Source: Myxococcota bacterium (GTDB lineage: Bacteria > Myxococcota_A > UBA796 > UBA2385). From it: a stretch of 64,000 bases of DNA. Numbering within the stretch: the stretch's first letter is position 1; each line of letters begins with the position of its first letter. Positions 33,005-42,512 of this stretch are shown piece by piece. Made by a program: the position numbers and the translations under genes. A model generated the notes under the pieces. The model did no database searches, had not been told where the DNA came from, and saw only the letters and a list, made by a program, of their open reading frames with translations. The DNA lies in assembly GCA_044344255.1 (NCBI GenBank), contig JBIJDH010000018.1, forward strand, positions 64,001 through 128,000, written 5' to 3'.

Positions 33005-34012
33005 AGCCTCGACGGCGGAGGCCCCAGCTCTGGCGGCCCAGCGCGCCTCGGCCTGCGCCGCGATCTCGCTCATCGGCAGGATGTCGAGGCGGCCAGCGTC
33101 GCGGAGGCGGGCGGCGGCGGCGAAGATCTGGTCGAAGGCCTCGAGCAGGGCCGGAGGGTCGGTCGCGAGGTTGATCGGGTGCAGGTAGAGGTGGCAGATG
33201 CGCCGATCGGCCGCCGCGGCCTCGAGGCCGGCCACGCTGCGCCGGACGCGCTGGGCGATGGGGATGTAGCGCCGCACGCCGTCGATCGGCAAGAAGGTGG
33301 CGGAGGCCGGGATGTCCCACAGGCCGTGGGCGTCCCGGCGGGGCACCACCGTCGGCGGGCGGCGGGCGGCGGCGACGTAGGCGAGGTGCAGCAGGCGGCC
33401 GGCCGGCCCGGGCACCCAGGGCCGCCGGTACCAGACGGGCTCCGGGCCGCGGTAACACGTGAAGCCGTGGCGCCGGAGGAGGTCGATGTGGCCGAGCTCG
33501 TTGCGCGGGAAGACGAAGGAGCGCAGCGTGAGGCCGAGCCGGCGGGCCTCCTCCACGCAGCGCTGGAGCTCGGAGTCGGCGGTGGCGCGGGAGCAGCCCG
33601 GATCTCCGAAGATGGGGTGGGAGAAGCTGTGGCTGCCCACCTCCTGACCGGCGGCGACGAGGCGGCGGACGAGGCTCTCGCCGTAAAATGCGGGGTGCTC
33701 GGCCTCGGTGCCGGCCGGCACGCCCTCCCACCAGTCCCCCCGCAGCCAGGCGTGGCGAGGGGGCTGGAGGTCCGGGTGGAGCTGGCCAGTCCCGCGGGCG
33801 GCGGCGCCGAGGAAGAGGTGCCCGACGGTGGCCCAGGTGGCGATGATGCCGTGCGCGGCGAGACGGTCGAGCAGGCCGGGAAAGACCTCTCGACGGGTGC
33901 GCTCGGCCAGCTGGACGAGGCCGTGAAGATCGGTCGTGAGGTCACGCGAGCCCCAGACCAGCTCGAAGTCGAGGCTAAGGCAGAAGATCCCACGGTCGTT
34001 CTGGACGGTCAC
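32987..34012 (-). CDS. Polysaccharide deacetylase family protein
   Basis: SLDFELVWG, ATWATVG, EVGSHSFSH, SFVFPRN, HLYLHPIN. Start taken at GTG 34012; the longer track ORF is antisense to wzc. Confidence 0.88.
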   Translation of the reverse strand: MTVQNDRGIFCLSLDFELVWGSRDLTTDLHGLVQLAERTRREVFPGLLDRLAAHGIIATWATVGHLFLGAAARGTGQLHPDLQPPRHAWLRGDWWEGVPAGTEAEHPAFYGESLVRRLVAAGQEVGSHSFSHPIFGDPGCSRATADSELQRCVEEARRLGLTLRSFVFPRNELGHIDLLRRHGFTCYRGPEPVWYRRPWVPGPAGRLLHLAYVAAARRPPTVVPRRDAHGLWDIPASATFLPIDGVRRYIPIAQRVRRSVAGLEAAAADRRICHLYLHPINLATDPPALLEAFDQIFAAAARLRDAGRLDILPMSEIAAQAEARWAARAGASAVEASRAGA

Positions 34013-34156
34013 GCGCGCGCATAACACCCGCGCGACACGGTTGCGGCAGGCTTGGGGCGGCTGAGCTATTGTGCAGGACCTCTGGAACGTGGGCGGAGCC
34101 GGAGGGCAAGCGGCGCGCGCCACCCGGAGATCCGGGCGGCGGAGGAGAGGGGCGCG

Positions 34157-36346
34157 ATGGTCGACCGGTCGAATCGGGAGCTTGGACGAACTGGGGCGGC
34201 CCCCGCCGAGGCCGGCGCCCCGGGGGCGCGAGGGCCGAACGGCGCCCAAAGCCGCCCGCTGGACCTCAGCCTCTTCCGGCGGGCGATCCTCGAGCAGTGG
34301 CCCACCCTCGTCGCCTTCGCGGGCTCCGTCTTTGTCGCCGCCCTGGTCGTCAGCCTCCTCACCCCGCGCCTCTACGACGCCCAGGCCGTGATCCAGCTCC
34401 TCCCCCGGGCGGGGCGGGAGGTCGACCTCGCGCAGGCCGTGCGCACCGAAGACGGCGGCTACATGGAGAGCCGGGACCGCGCACGGACCCAGATCCAGAT
34501 CATCCAGAGCCGGGGCGTCGCGGAGGAGGTGCTCCAGCGCTACGCCGCCCAGGGTCAGGACGACCTGCCGGCCACCCCCGAGGGAGCAGACGCCCTGCTC
34601 CGCGCCCTCTCGGCCGGCCCCCGTGAAGACACGCAGCTGGTTGAGATCCACGTGCTCAACCGTGACCCCGAGCGCGCCGCCCTCCTCGCCAACCTCGTGG
34701 CGCAGGTCTACGTCGAGCGCAACCTCGAGGCCCGTCGAGAGGTGGCCGCGCAGTCCCGCGACTGGCTGGGTGGACAGACCGAGACCTACAGACAGTCGCT
34801 CGACAGCGCCACCCAGGCGGTGATGAGCTTCAAGGCGGAGCACAACCTCGCCGACATCGATGAGTCCACCGACTCCATCACCAGCCGCCTCAGCTCGCTG
34901 CAGACGGCCATCGCCGAGGCGAACACGCAGGCCGTGCTGCTCGAGAGCTCGCTCCGCAGCCACCAACGCTTGCAGCGGGACGGTCACTTTGACGTGCTGG
35001 TGGGCATGATCGAGGACCCCGCGCTCGAGACCATGGCCAAAGAGCGGGCGATGAAGGCCGCGGCGACCGCGGAGGTCCTCTCTCGGTACGGGGAGCTGCA
35101 CCCCGAACACCGGCGCGCCGTCGACGCCCTCGCCCAGCTCGACACCCGCATCCGCCAGGAGGTGGACCGCAACATCGAGGGCGAGCGGGCCGCGCTCGGC
35201 AACCTCAAGCGGCAGGGGGAGAAGCTCCAGGAGGAGCTCGACCGGGTGAAGGGCGAGCTCCTTGAACGGCAGCGGCTGAGTGAACAGTATTCAGCATTAA
35301 AGCTTGAAGAAGACCGTGTTCGTCGTTTGTACGGCTCCCTCGGCGAGCGGGAGGCAGAGGTCGGCCTGCAGGCCCGCACCGAGCTGAACGACGTGCACCT
35401 CGTCGACGAGGCGCGCGCTCCCTCCTCCCCGGCCAAGCCGAACATCCCGCTCAACCTCGCCATGGCGCTGCTGGTGGGCGCCGCAGGCGGCTTCGGCCTC
35501 GCCTTGCTCCGCCTACGGCTCGACGATCGGGTGCGGGGCGCGGCCGCCCTTCGAGACCTCGCGGAGGCCCCCTTCTTGGGAGAGCTCCCGAGCGTCGCGG
35601 CCACGGTCCCGCCCGACCGCCGCGCCCTCGAGTCTCACGAGAACCCGGGCTCGCTCATGGCCGAGGCGCTCCAGCAGGTGCGGGCCGCACTGCACCCGGC
35701 GCTGGTGCCCGGGGCTGGCCTCCGTGTGCTCGTGACGAGCGCCCTCGAAGATGAAGGTCGCACCGACGTCGCGGTCGGACTCGCGATCGGCTTCGCCCGC
35801 CTCGGGATGAGCACGCTGCTCATCGACGCCGATCTGCGACAGCCGCGCCTGCACGCGGTCTTCGGACAGCCCCAGGGGCCGGGCCTCGTCGAGGCCACGA
35901 AGGGGGTCCGCGGAGATCCGCTCCGCTACGTGCGCAGCACCCCGATGCCCGACCTGCACCTGCTCACGAGCGGCGGACCGGCGGAGTTCCCGGGGGAGCT
36001 GCTCGCCTCGGTCGAGGTCGACCTGCTGCTCTCTCGCGCCGGTGAGGCCTACCGGCTCGTGATCATCGACAGCCCGCCCGCCTCCCTGGTCTCGGACGCG
36101 CGCCAGCTCAGCCGCTCGACCGACGCCGTGCTCCTCGTCGCCCGGCGCGGCCGGGTGACCCGCAAGGAGGTCGAGGAGACCGTCGATCAGCTCCGGCGAG
36201 CGGGGGCCTGGCTGGCGGGGGTGGTGCTGAATGACGTGCCGCCGCGGGCGGAGGAGCTCCGGTACCGAGCCTCGCTCCGCCACGCGAGCGCGGCGGCCGC
36301 TCCGTCGTCCTCGGCCGCCCCGCTGCGCGGTGACCGCACCCCATGA
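34157..36346 (+). CDS. Wzc/GumC-like polysaccharide co-polymerase with C-terminal BY-kinase-like domain
   Basis: TM1, coiled coil with YGELHP, PSSPAKPN plus TM2, then VTSALEDEGRT, LLIDADLR, IIDSPP, GVVLN. ATG 34157 follows GGAGGAGAGG. Confidence 0.9.
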   Translation: MVDRSNRELGRTGAAPAEAGAPGARGPNGAQSRPLDLSLFRRAILEQWPTLVAFAGSVFVAALVVSLLTPRLYDAQAVIQLLPRAGREVDLAQAVRTEDGGYMESRDRARTQIQIIQSRGVAEEVLQRYAAQGQDDLPATPEGADALLRALSAGPREDTQLVEIHVLNRDPERAALLANLVAQVYVERNLEARREVAAQSRDWLGGQTETYRQSLDSATQAVMSFKAEHNLADIDESTDSITSRLSSLQTAIAEANTQAVLLESSLRSHQRLQRDGHFDVLVGMIEDPALETMAKERAMKAAATAEVLSRYGELHPEHRRAVDALAQLDTRIRQEVDRNIEGERAALGNLKRQGEKLQEELDRVKGELLERQRLSEQYSALKLEEDRVRRLYGSLGEREAEVGLQARTELNDVHLVDEARAPSSPAKPNIPLNLAMALLVGAAGGFGLALLRLRLDDRVRGAAALRDLAEAPFLGELPSVAATVPPDRRALESHENPGSLMAEALQQVRAALHPALVPGAGLRVLVTSALEDEGRTDVAVGLAIGFARLGMSTLLIDADLRQPRLHAVFGQPQGPGLVEATKGVRGDPLRYVRSTPMPDLHLLTSGGPAEFPGELLASVEVDLLLSRAGEAYRLVIIDSPPASLVSDARQLSRSTDAVLLVARRGRVTRKEVEETVDQLRRAGAWLAGVVLNDVPPRAEELRYRASLRHASAAAAPSSSAAPLRGDRTP

Positions 36347-37710
36347 CCGCGCTCCGGGGGTGGGTCGATCCCGGGTCGGGCTCCTCCGTCCGGGCCGTCC
36401 TCCTGACGGTGGGCTTCGGCCTCCTGGTGGGCCTCGGCCTCGCCTTGCGGCCCGGCCTCGGGGCCGTGGCGCTCGGCGGCGGGCTCCTCGCCCTGGCCGC
36501 GCTGCGGTGGCCCCCGCTGCTCGTCGCCCTGATGTTCACCGGCATCCTCTTCGACCGCATCGGCCTCACCGGCGTCAAGTTGGCCGACTTTCCGGTGACG
36601 GCCTCCAAGCTCACCGTGCTCGGGAGCCTCGGCCTCTGGGTGCTGCACGCGGCGCTCTATCGGACCAGCCCGGTGCGCGGGCACCGCGTGCTGACCACGA
36701 TGGCCGTGGTGGTGCTGTCCACCGGCCTCTCCATCGCCTGGAGCGGCACGATGAAGGTGGGCAAGTTCACCCTCTTCGGGCTCGGGATGATGACGGTGCT
36801 CGTCGGGCTGGTCTACGCGGTCTTGACGGAGCGCTCGCTGCAGCCCCTGCTGCGGATCTTCGGGCTGGTCTTCTCGGTCGTTCTGGCCTTCGCGCTCCTG
36901 GGCGGCGGGGGAGGCAGCGGGGAGGCGGCCCGGGCCTCGGGGACGATGGGGGACCCGAACGAGTGGGCCGCGATGGTGCTGCTCGTGGTGCCCTTCTTGC
37001 TCGGCGGCCTCGCCCGTGACCCCCACCCGCTCATCCGCCCCCTGCGGATGGGCCTGTTCTTGATGACCCCCCTCGCGGTGCTGCAGAGCGAGTCTCGGTC
37101 GGCGCTGCTGGTCTTCGCCCTCGTCCTTCCGGGGCTCCTGTTTTTGCTCCGGGAGCGCCGGGGTGAGCTCGGCCTCTGTGCGGCGGCAGGGGTGGTCGCG
37201 GCGCCGCTGGTCGTCGACCTCAGCACCGCCTTCGCGCGCTTCGAACGGCTCCTGCGCGTGCTCGGCGGTGACCACCTCGGCCAGGACGGCAGCATCTCCG
37301 AGCGCACCGAGCTCTTGCGCCAGGGGCGGGAGCTCTTCCTCGAGCACTGGCTGCTCGGGGCGGGCCCTGGGAACTTCTCGCGGGCGACCGGCTTCATCGG
37401 CGAGAACGGCAAGCTCCGACCCGCCCACAACACCTACCTCGAGGTCGCGAGCGAGCAGGGCGTCGTGGGCCTCGTGCCCTTCGCGGTCTGCATGGTGACG
37501 GTGGCCGTCACCCTGATCACGGCCTATCGACGGGCGCCCACCCTCGAGGACCGCAGCCGCGTGGGCGGCGCGATCGTCGGCCTCGCCGCCTTCGCGCTGA
37601 TGGCGGCCACCCTCGGCCTGCTCACCTTCTCGATGGCCTATCTCCTGCTCGGGCTCGCCCTGGCCTTCGTGACCCAGGCCGAGCGGGCGCCCGGGGCCGC
37701 CTCGCCATGA
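36343..37710 (+). CDS. O-antigen ligase / Wzy polymerase family protein
   Basis: About 12 TM segments; GDPNEWA, SESRSA, LGAGPGNF, AHNTYLEVASEQG. Confidence 0.88.
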   Translation: MTALRGWVDPGSGSSVRAVLLTVGFGLLVGLGLALRPGLGAVALGGGLLALAALRWPPLLVALMFTGILFDRIGLTGVKLADFPVTASKLTVLGSLGLWVLHAALYRTSPVRGHRVLTTMAVVVLSTGLSIAWSGTMKVGKFTLFGLGMMTVLVGLVYAVLTERSLQPLLRIFGLVFSVVLAFALLGGGGGSGEAARASGTMGDPNEWAAMVLLVVPFLLGGLARDPHPLIRPLRMGLFLMTPLAVLQSESRSALLVFALVLPGLLFLLRERRGELGLCAAAGVVAAPLVVDLSTAFARFERLLRVLGGDHLGQDGSISERTELLRQGRELFLEHWLLGAGPGNFSRATGFIGENGKLRPAHNTYLEVASEQGVVGLVPFAVCMVTVAVTLITAYRRAPTLEDRSRVGGAIVGLAAFALMAATLGLLTFSMAYLLLGLALAFVTQAERAPGAASP

Positions 37711-39248
37711 GCGCAGGCGAGGGCCCCGCCAGTTCGGCCGCTTCGCCGGCCGCCGCCTCGCCCGTCGTCGCCTCGCCCGTCGTCGCCTCGCCCGTCGTCG
37801 CCACGTCGGGGCGCGGCGGGAACCTCGTCGCGCTCGGCCTCGGCCAGTCGGTGCGAATGCTGTCGGGCTTCGCGGTCAACGTGATGCTGATGCGCTCGCT
37901 CGGCGTGGAGGGCTTCGGGATCTACGGCACCGTCATGAACCTCGTGGGGCTGCTCGGCTTCGGGGCCCACCTCGGCATGAGCCGCCTCCTCGTGCGACAG
38001 ATCGCCCGCGATCCGGCGCGGCTCCACGAGCGGGTGCAGACGGGCCTCCTCGCCACGGCCCTGCTCTCGACGCTCACGGCTTGCGGGATGGTGCTCTCCG
38101 CCCTCACCCTCGACGGCCGGCCGCTCGTGGTGGGGGCCACCGTGCTGGCGGCGGTGGCGATGGGCCTCCAGTCCTTGGCGATGGTTCCTGAGGCGGCCTT
38201 TCACGGGCTCCGTCAGATGGGGCTCTCTGCCCGCGGACAGGTCGCGGGGCGGCTGGTGCTCATGCTGGCCACCGCCCTCTTCTTGTGGTCCGAGCTCGGG
38301 GTGCTCGCCGTGTTCGTCGCCCAGGTGGCCGACGCCCTGGTCGCCTTCGGCCTGCTCTGGTGGGCCTTCCGGGTGGGGGCCCCCCCGCCGGAGGTCGCCG
38401 CTGTCGGGGCCCTGCCCGTCGCCCTGCCCGTCGCTCTGCCCCCGCGGCGGGAGCGGGTGCGCGACCTCGTGCGTGAGGCGCTGCCCTTCGGTGCTAACGC
38501 TCTCTTCGGCGCCATCTACTTGAGCGCAGATGTGCTCCTGCTCGCGCGTTTGCATGGCGACGCCGAGGTGGGCGTCTACCGCGGCGCGGTGATGCTGATC
38601 AGCCTCTTCCCCGTCATCGCCAACACGCTCACCACCGCGATCTACCCGAGGTTGGCCCTCCACATCGGCGCGCCCGAGCGGGCAGGGGAGGAGCTCGGCT
38701 TCCTCTCGCGGGTCCTGCTCGCGCTGAGCGCTCCGGCGGCGGTGGGCGGGGTGCTCCTCGCCACCCCGCTGATGCTGCTGTTCGGCGGGCCGGCCTTCGC
38801 GGAGAGCGGCCTGCCCTTTCAGATCCTGGCGCCGCTCCTCCCCCTCCGCTTCCTGAACAATGGCTACGCCACCGCGCTCACCAGCCTCGACCGCCAGGGC
38901 GACCGCACCCGGGGTGTGTTCATCGCCGCCCTGCTGAACGTGGGCCTCAACGTCCTCGTCCTGCCTCGCTTCGGGGCGGTGGGGGCGGCCGCGACCACGC
39001 TCCTGACGGAGCTCTTCCTGACCGCTTGGATGGGCTGGCACGTCCGCCCGCTCGTCTCCGGCCTCCGACTGCCCGAGACGTTGCTGCGGGTGGCGCTGCC
39101 CTCCCTCGGCATGGGCCTCGCCCTCTCGGTGCTGCCACCCGCGCCGGTGCTGGTGCACATCGCGGCCGGAGGAGCGCTCTTCCTTGTCCTCGGCCGCTGG
39201 AGCGGCGCCTGGCGCCCGGCCGATCTCCGTCGCCTCCGGAGGGTTTAA
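37707..39248 (+). CDS. Wzx flippase (polysaccharide biosynthesis family)
   Basis: RSLGVEGFGIY, EVGVYRGA, LNVLVLPRFGAVGAA; many TM segments; N-terminal ASPVV x3 micro-repeat. Confidence 0.9.
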   Translation: MSAGEGPASSAASPAAASPVVASPVVASPVVATSGRGGNLVALGLGQSVRMLSGFAVNVMLMRSLGVEGFGIYGTVMNLVGLLGFGAHLGMSRLLVRQIARDPARLHERVQTGLLATALLSTLTACGMVLSALTLDGRPLVVGATVLAAVAMGLQSLAMVPEAAFHGLRQMGLSARGQVAGRLVLMLATALFLWSELGVLAVFVAQVADALVAFGLLWWAFRVGAPPPEVAAVGALPVALPVALPPRRERVRDLVREALPFGANALFGAIYLSADVLLLARLHGDAEVGVYRGAVMLISLFPVIANTLTTAIYPRLALHIGAPERAGEELGFLSRVLLALSAPAAVGGVLLATPLMLLFGGPAFAESGLPFQILAPLLPLRFLNNGYATALTSLDRQGDRTRGVFIAALLNVGLNVLVLPRFGAVGAAATTLLTELFLTAWMGWHVRPLVSGLRLPETLLRVALPSLGMGLALSVLPPAPVLVHIAAGGALFLVLGRWSGAWRPADLRRLRRV

Positions 39249-40400
39249 GTGCCGATCGTCGAGCTCATCCCCAGCCTCACCGTCGGCGGTGCCGAGCGGG
39301 TGGTCACGTTGCTCTCTCTGGCGCTGCGCGCCGAGGGGGCGGCGGTCACGGTGGTGTCTCTGGGGGGGCCCACCGGGAGCTGGCTCGAGGCGGAGCTCGC
39401 CGCTGGCGGCGTGCCCATGCGCTTCCTCGGCAAGGGCCCGGGCTTCGAGCCGCGGATCATCCCTCGCCTCGGGCTCACCCTCGCGCATCTCCGGCCGCGG
39501 GTGGTCCACAGCCACCTGCACACCCTCAAGTACCTGCTGCCGGCCCACATCGGCGCGCCCCGCTCGGTGATGGTGCACACGCTGCACAACGTCGCCCTCC
39601 GCGAGGCCACGACCGCCGATCGCCGGCTCCAGCAGCTCGCCTTTCGGCTGGGCGTCGTGCCGGTGTCGATCGGGGATGCGGTCAGCGAGAGCTTCCGCGC
39701 GGTCTACCGCCTGCCGGAGCCCTCCCTCATCCCGAACGGCATCCCAGTCGCCACCTACGCGCGACCCGCGACCCCCCGCGAGGCGCTGCGGGCCCGCCTC
39801 GGCGTCGGCCCAGACACGCCGGTGCTGCTGAGCGTCGGGCGCCTCAACGCCCAGAAGGACCCCTGCGCCCTCGTCCTCGCCTTCGCCGATCCGCGGCTCC
39901 GCGCGCTCGGCGCCCGCCTCTGGATCGCCGGGGAGGGGGAGCTCCGGGCCGAGGTGGAGGCCGAGGTGCAGCGCGCTGGCCTCGAGGGCGTCGTCACGCT
40001 CCTCGGTGTCCGATCAGACGTGCCCGATCTGCTCGCCGCCGCCGACGTCTTCGTCCTCGCGTCGCGCTACGAGGGCAACCCGCTCGTCGTGATGGAGGCG
40101 ATGGCCGCGGGGCGGCCCGTGGTGGCCACCGCCGTGGGCTGCCTGCCAGAGCTCGTCTCGGACGAGACCGGCCGCCTCGTGCCTGCAGGGGACGGCCCTG
40201 CCCTCTCCGCCGCGATGGTGGCCCTCGCCGGCGATCGGCGGTTGGCGGACCGGCTCGGGGCCGCCGCCGCCGCTGTGGCCCTCGCGCGTTTTGACGTGCG
40301 GGTGATGGCCCGCGCCTACCGGGCCCTCTTCGACCGGCTCCGCCCGGAGGAGGCCCGGCCGGCCTCGGGTGTTAGTCAGGCTGCCTCTACCCCCTCCTGA
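39249..40400 (+). CDS. Glycosyltransferase family 4
   Basis: GGAERV, IPNGI, GRLNAQKD, EGNPLVVMEAMAAGRPVV. Confidence 0.93.
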   Translation: MPIVELIPSLTVGGAERVVTLLSLALRAEGAAVTVVSLGGPTGSWLEAELAAGGVPMRFLGKGPGFEPRIIPRLGLTLAHLRPRVVHSHLHTLKYLLPAHIGAPRSVMVHTLHNVALREATTADRRLQQLAFRLGVVPVSIGDAVSESFRAVYRLPEPSLIPNGIPVATYARPATPREALRARLGVGPDTPVLLSVGRLNAQKDPCALVLAFADPRLRALGARLWIAGEGELRAEVEAEVQRAGLEGVVTLLGVRSDVPDLLAAADVFVLASRYEGNPLVVMEAMAAGRPVVATAVGCLPELVSDETGRLVPAGDGPALSAAMVALAGDRRLADRLGAAAAAVALARFDVRVMARAYRALFDRLRPEEARPASGVSQAASTPS

Positions 40401-40412
40401 GCGTACACCCCG

Positions 40413-41303
40413 ATGTCCCGCCTCACCCTCCCGCTTTGCCTCGTGCTCTCGTCGAGCGGGTTGGCGGTCGGCGCCGCCGGCCCGGCCCGGGCCGGGGAGA
40501 CCGCGACGCCGGTGTCCGCGACGTCGGAGGCCCCGCCGCCCGACGAGGCGGGCGCTGCGGTCGGGCCGCTCGACCGATCGGCGGGGCGGTATCGTTTTGG
40601 CCCCGGTGACACGCTCCGGATCGAGGTCTTCGGGGAGGCCAACCTCACGGGGGTCTTCCCCGTGAGCGACGCGGGCGAGCTCGACTACCCCCTGCTCGGC
40701 GTGCTCAAGGTCGAGGGCCTGACCGCCGCCGAGGTCACCGCGCTCCTGCACGACCGGCTCAAGGATGGCTACCTCTCGAACCCGAGGGTCATGGCCCGGC
40801 CCGAGAGCTACCTCTCCAAGCCCGTGCAGGTGCTCGGAGCGGTCCCCAAGCCGGGCATGTACTACCTCCGCGGCGAGACCACCTTGCTCGAGCTGCTCGC
40901 CTTGGCGGGGGGCGTGAACCGCTCGGGGGTCGGAGAGCTGCGGGTGACCCACAGCGACAGCGCCGTCGCGGTGTCGGTGGTCTCCTACGAGGCGCTGATC
41001 GGGCGCGGCGAGGGCAACCTCACGGTGGCCGGCGGAGACGTCGTCTTCGTGCCTGAGAGCCACGTCACCGTGATGGGGCAGGTCCAGAAGCCGGGCGACG
41101 TCGCCTTCCGCGAAGACCTCACCGTCTCGGCTGCCATCGCCGCCGCAGGCGGGGCGCTGGGCACCGCGAACCTCGGCCGCGTCTACATCCTGCGCGGAGA
41201 CCAGCGCATCCGGGTCGACGTGCGGAAGGCCCTCGCTGGAAAGGTGGAGGACCCCGAGGTGCAGGCAGGAGACCGCATTGTGGTGCGGCAGTCGGTCTTC
41301 TGA
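40413..41303 (+). CDS. OPX/Wza-family polysaccharide export protein (Poly_export plus SLBB domains)
   Basis: YRFGPGDTLRIEVF, YPLLG, VQVLGAVPKPG, VMGQVQKPG, GDRIVV; signal peptide. Confidence 0.9.
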   Translation: MSRLTLPLCLVLSSSGLAVGAAGPARAGETATPVSATSEAPPPDEAGAAVGPLDRSAGRYRFGPGDTLRIEVFGEANLTGVFPVSDAGELDYPLLGVLKVEGLTAAEVTALLHDRLKDGYLSNPRVMARPESYLSKPVQVLGAVPKPGMYYLRGETTLLELLALAGGVNRSGVGELRVTHSDSAVAVSVVSYEALIGRGEGNLTVAGGDVVFVPESHVTVMGQVQKPGDVAFREDLTVSAAIAAAGGALGTANLGRVYILRGDQRIRVDVRKALAGKVEDPEVQAGDRIVVRQSVF

Positions 41304-41450
41304 CGGTCCCCTGCGCGGGCCGGCGCGGCCCGACCCATCCGTGAAGGCGCCGACTGTGGGCTGACTTACATCCGGAGCGCTGGCCTCACTTTTCCCCTCG
41401 ACCGTTGAATGGAACGGCTATCCTACTGATCGCGGCACAGGGGAGAAGCG

Positions 41451-42512
41451 ATGCGGGTCTTGGTCACCGGGGGCGCTGGCTATATTGGTGCGCACCTCGT
41501 GGTCGATCTGCTGGCGGCGGGCCATCAGGTGACCGTGGTCGATGACCTCAGCACGGGGAGCCGAGAGGCGCTGCGGCGCAGCTCTCTATTGGCGGGGCGC
41601 TCCTGTCGACTCATCATCGGTGACGTCGCCGACCGCGCGCTGATGCTGCGCGCCCTGTCTGGGATTGACACCGTCTTTCACCTCGCGGCGCACAAGGCTG
41701 TCGGCGAGTCGATGGAGCAGCCGGAGCGCTACCTTAAGAACAACCTCGGCGGCATGGCCTCTCTCATCGAGGCGATGCAGACGGCGGGCGTGCGGCGGGT
41801 GGTGTACTCCTCCACGGCGGCGGTCTATGGCACCCAGGGGGACGGCCCCCTACGAGAGGACGCGCCGCTCCGTCCCGAGAGCCCCTACGGATACGCCAAG
41901 GCCGAAGGGGAGCGGATGCTCGACTGGATGGTGCGCTGCCGCGGCTGGTCGGCGGTGTCTCTCCGATATTTCAATCCGGTGGGCGCGCACCCCTCCGGCC
42001 TCATCGGGGAGCCCGTCGCCCGGGCCTCCAACCTCGTGCCGAGCGTGCTCGTGGCCCTCACCGAGCCCGACCGGCGGCTCACCATCTTCGGGACAGACTA
42101 CCCCACGCCCGACGGCACGGGCCTCCGCGACTTCATCCATGTCTGTGACCTCTCTCGGGCCCACCTCGTCGCCCTCCAGGCCCTGGAGCGCGCGGGGCAC
42201 CACGTCTACAACGTCGGCACCGGGCGCCCGAGCAGCGTCCGCGAGGTGCTCACCGCCTGCGCGCGGGCAGCGGGGCGCGACGTGCCCTTTGTGCTCGGCC
42301 CGCGTCGGGCGGGAGACGTCGCGGTGGCCGTCGCCGATCCGCGGCGCTTCCAGTCCGAGCTCGGCTTCAGCGCCCGCCTCAGCCTGGACGACATGGTGGG
42401 CTCGGCCTGGCGCTGGTGGACGCTCAATCCCCAGGGCTACGACGTGAATGAGCCGGCCGGCATGGCACGGTACGAGGGGGCCGACGAGCTCTCCCCGGTG
42501 AGCGTCTGGTGA
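41451..42512 (+). CDS. galE: UDP-glucose 4-epimerase
   Basis: VTGGAGYIG, KAVGES, YSSTAAVYG, YGYAK, LRYFNPVGAH, DYPTPDGTGLRDFIHV. Confidence 0.95.
   Translation: MRVLVTGGAGYIGAHLVVDLLAAGHQVTVVDDLSTGSREALRRSSLLAGRSCRLIIGDVADRALMLRALSGIDTVFHLAAHKAVGESMEQPERYLKNNLGGMASLIEAMQTAGVRRVVYSSTAAVYGTQGDGPLREDAPLRPESPYGYAKAEGERMLDWMVRCRGWSAVSLRYFNPVGAHPSGLIGEPVARASNLVPSVLVALTEPDRRLTIFGTDYPTPDGTGLRDFIHVCDLSRAHLVALQALERAGHHVYNVGTGRPSSVREVLTACARAAGRDVPFVLGPRRAGDVAVAVADPRRFQSELGFSARLSLDDMVGSAWRWWTLNPQGYDVNEPAGMARYEGADELSPVSVW

Noticed and set aside
37740..37805. 15-bp tandem repeat (ASPVV x3) at the wzx 5' end as a phase-variation switch
   Set aside because: The unit length is a multiple of 3, so slippage would not shift the frame; likely a disordered N-terminal tail.
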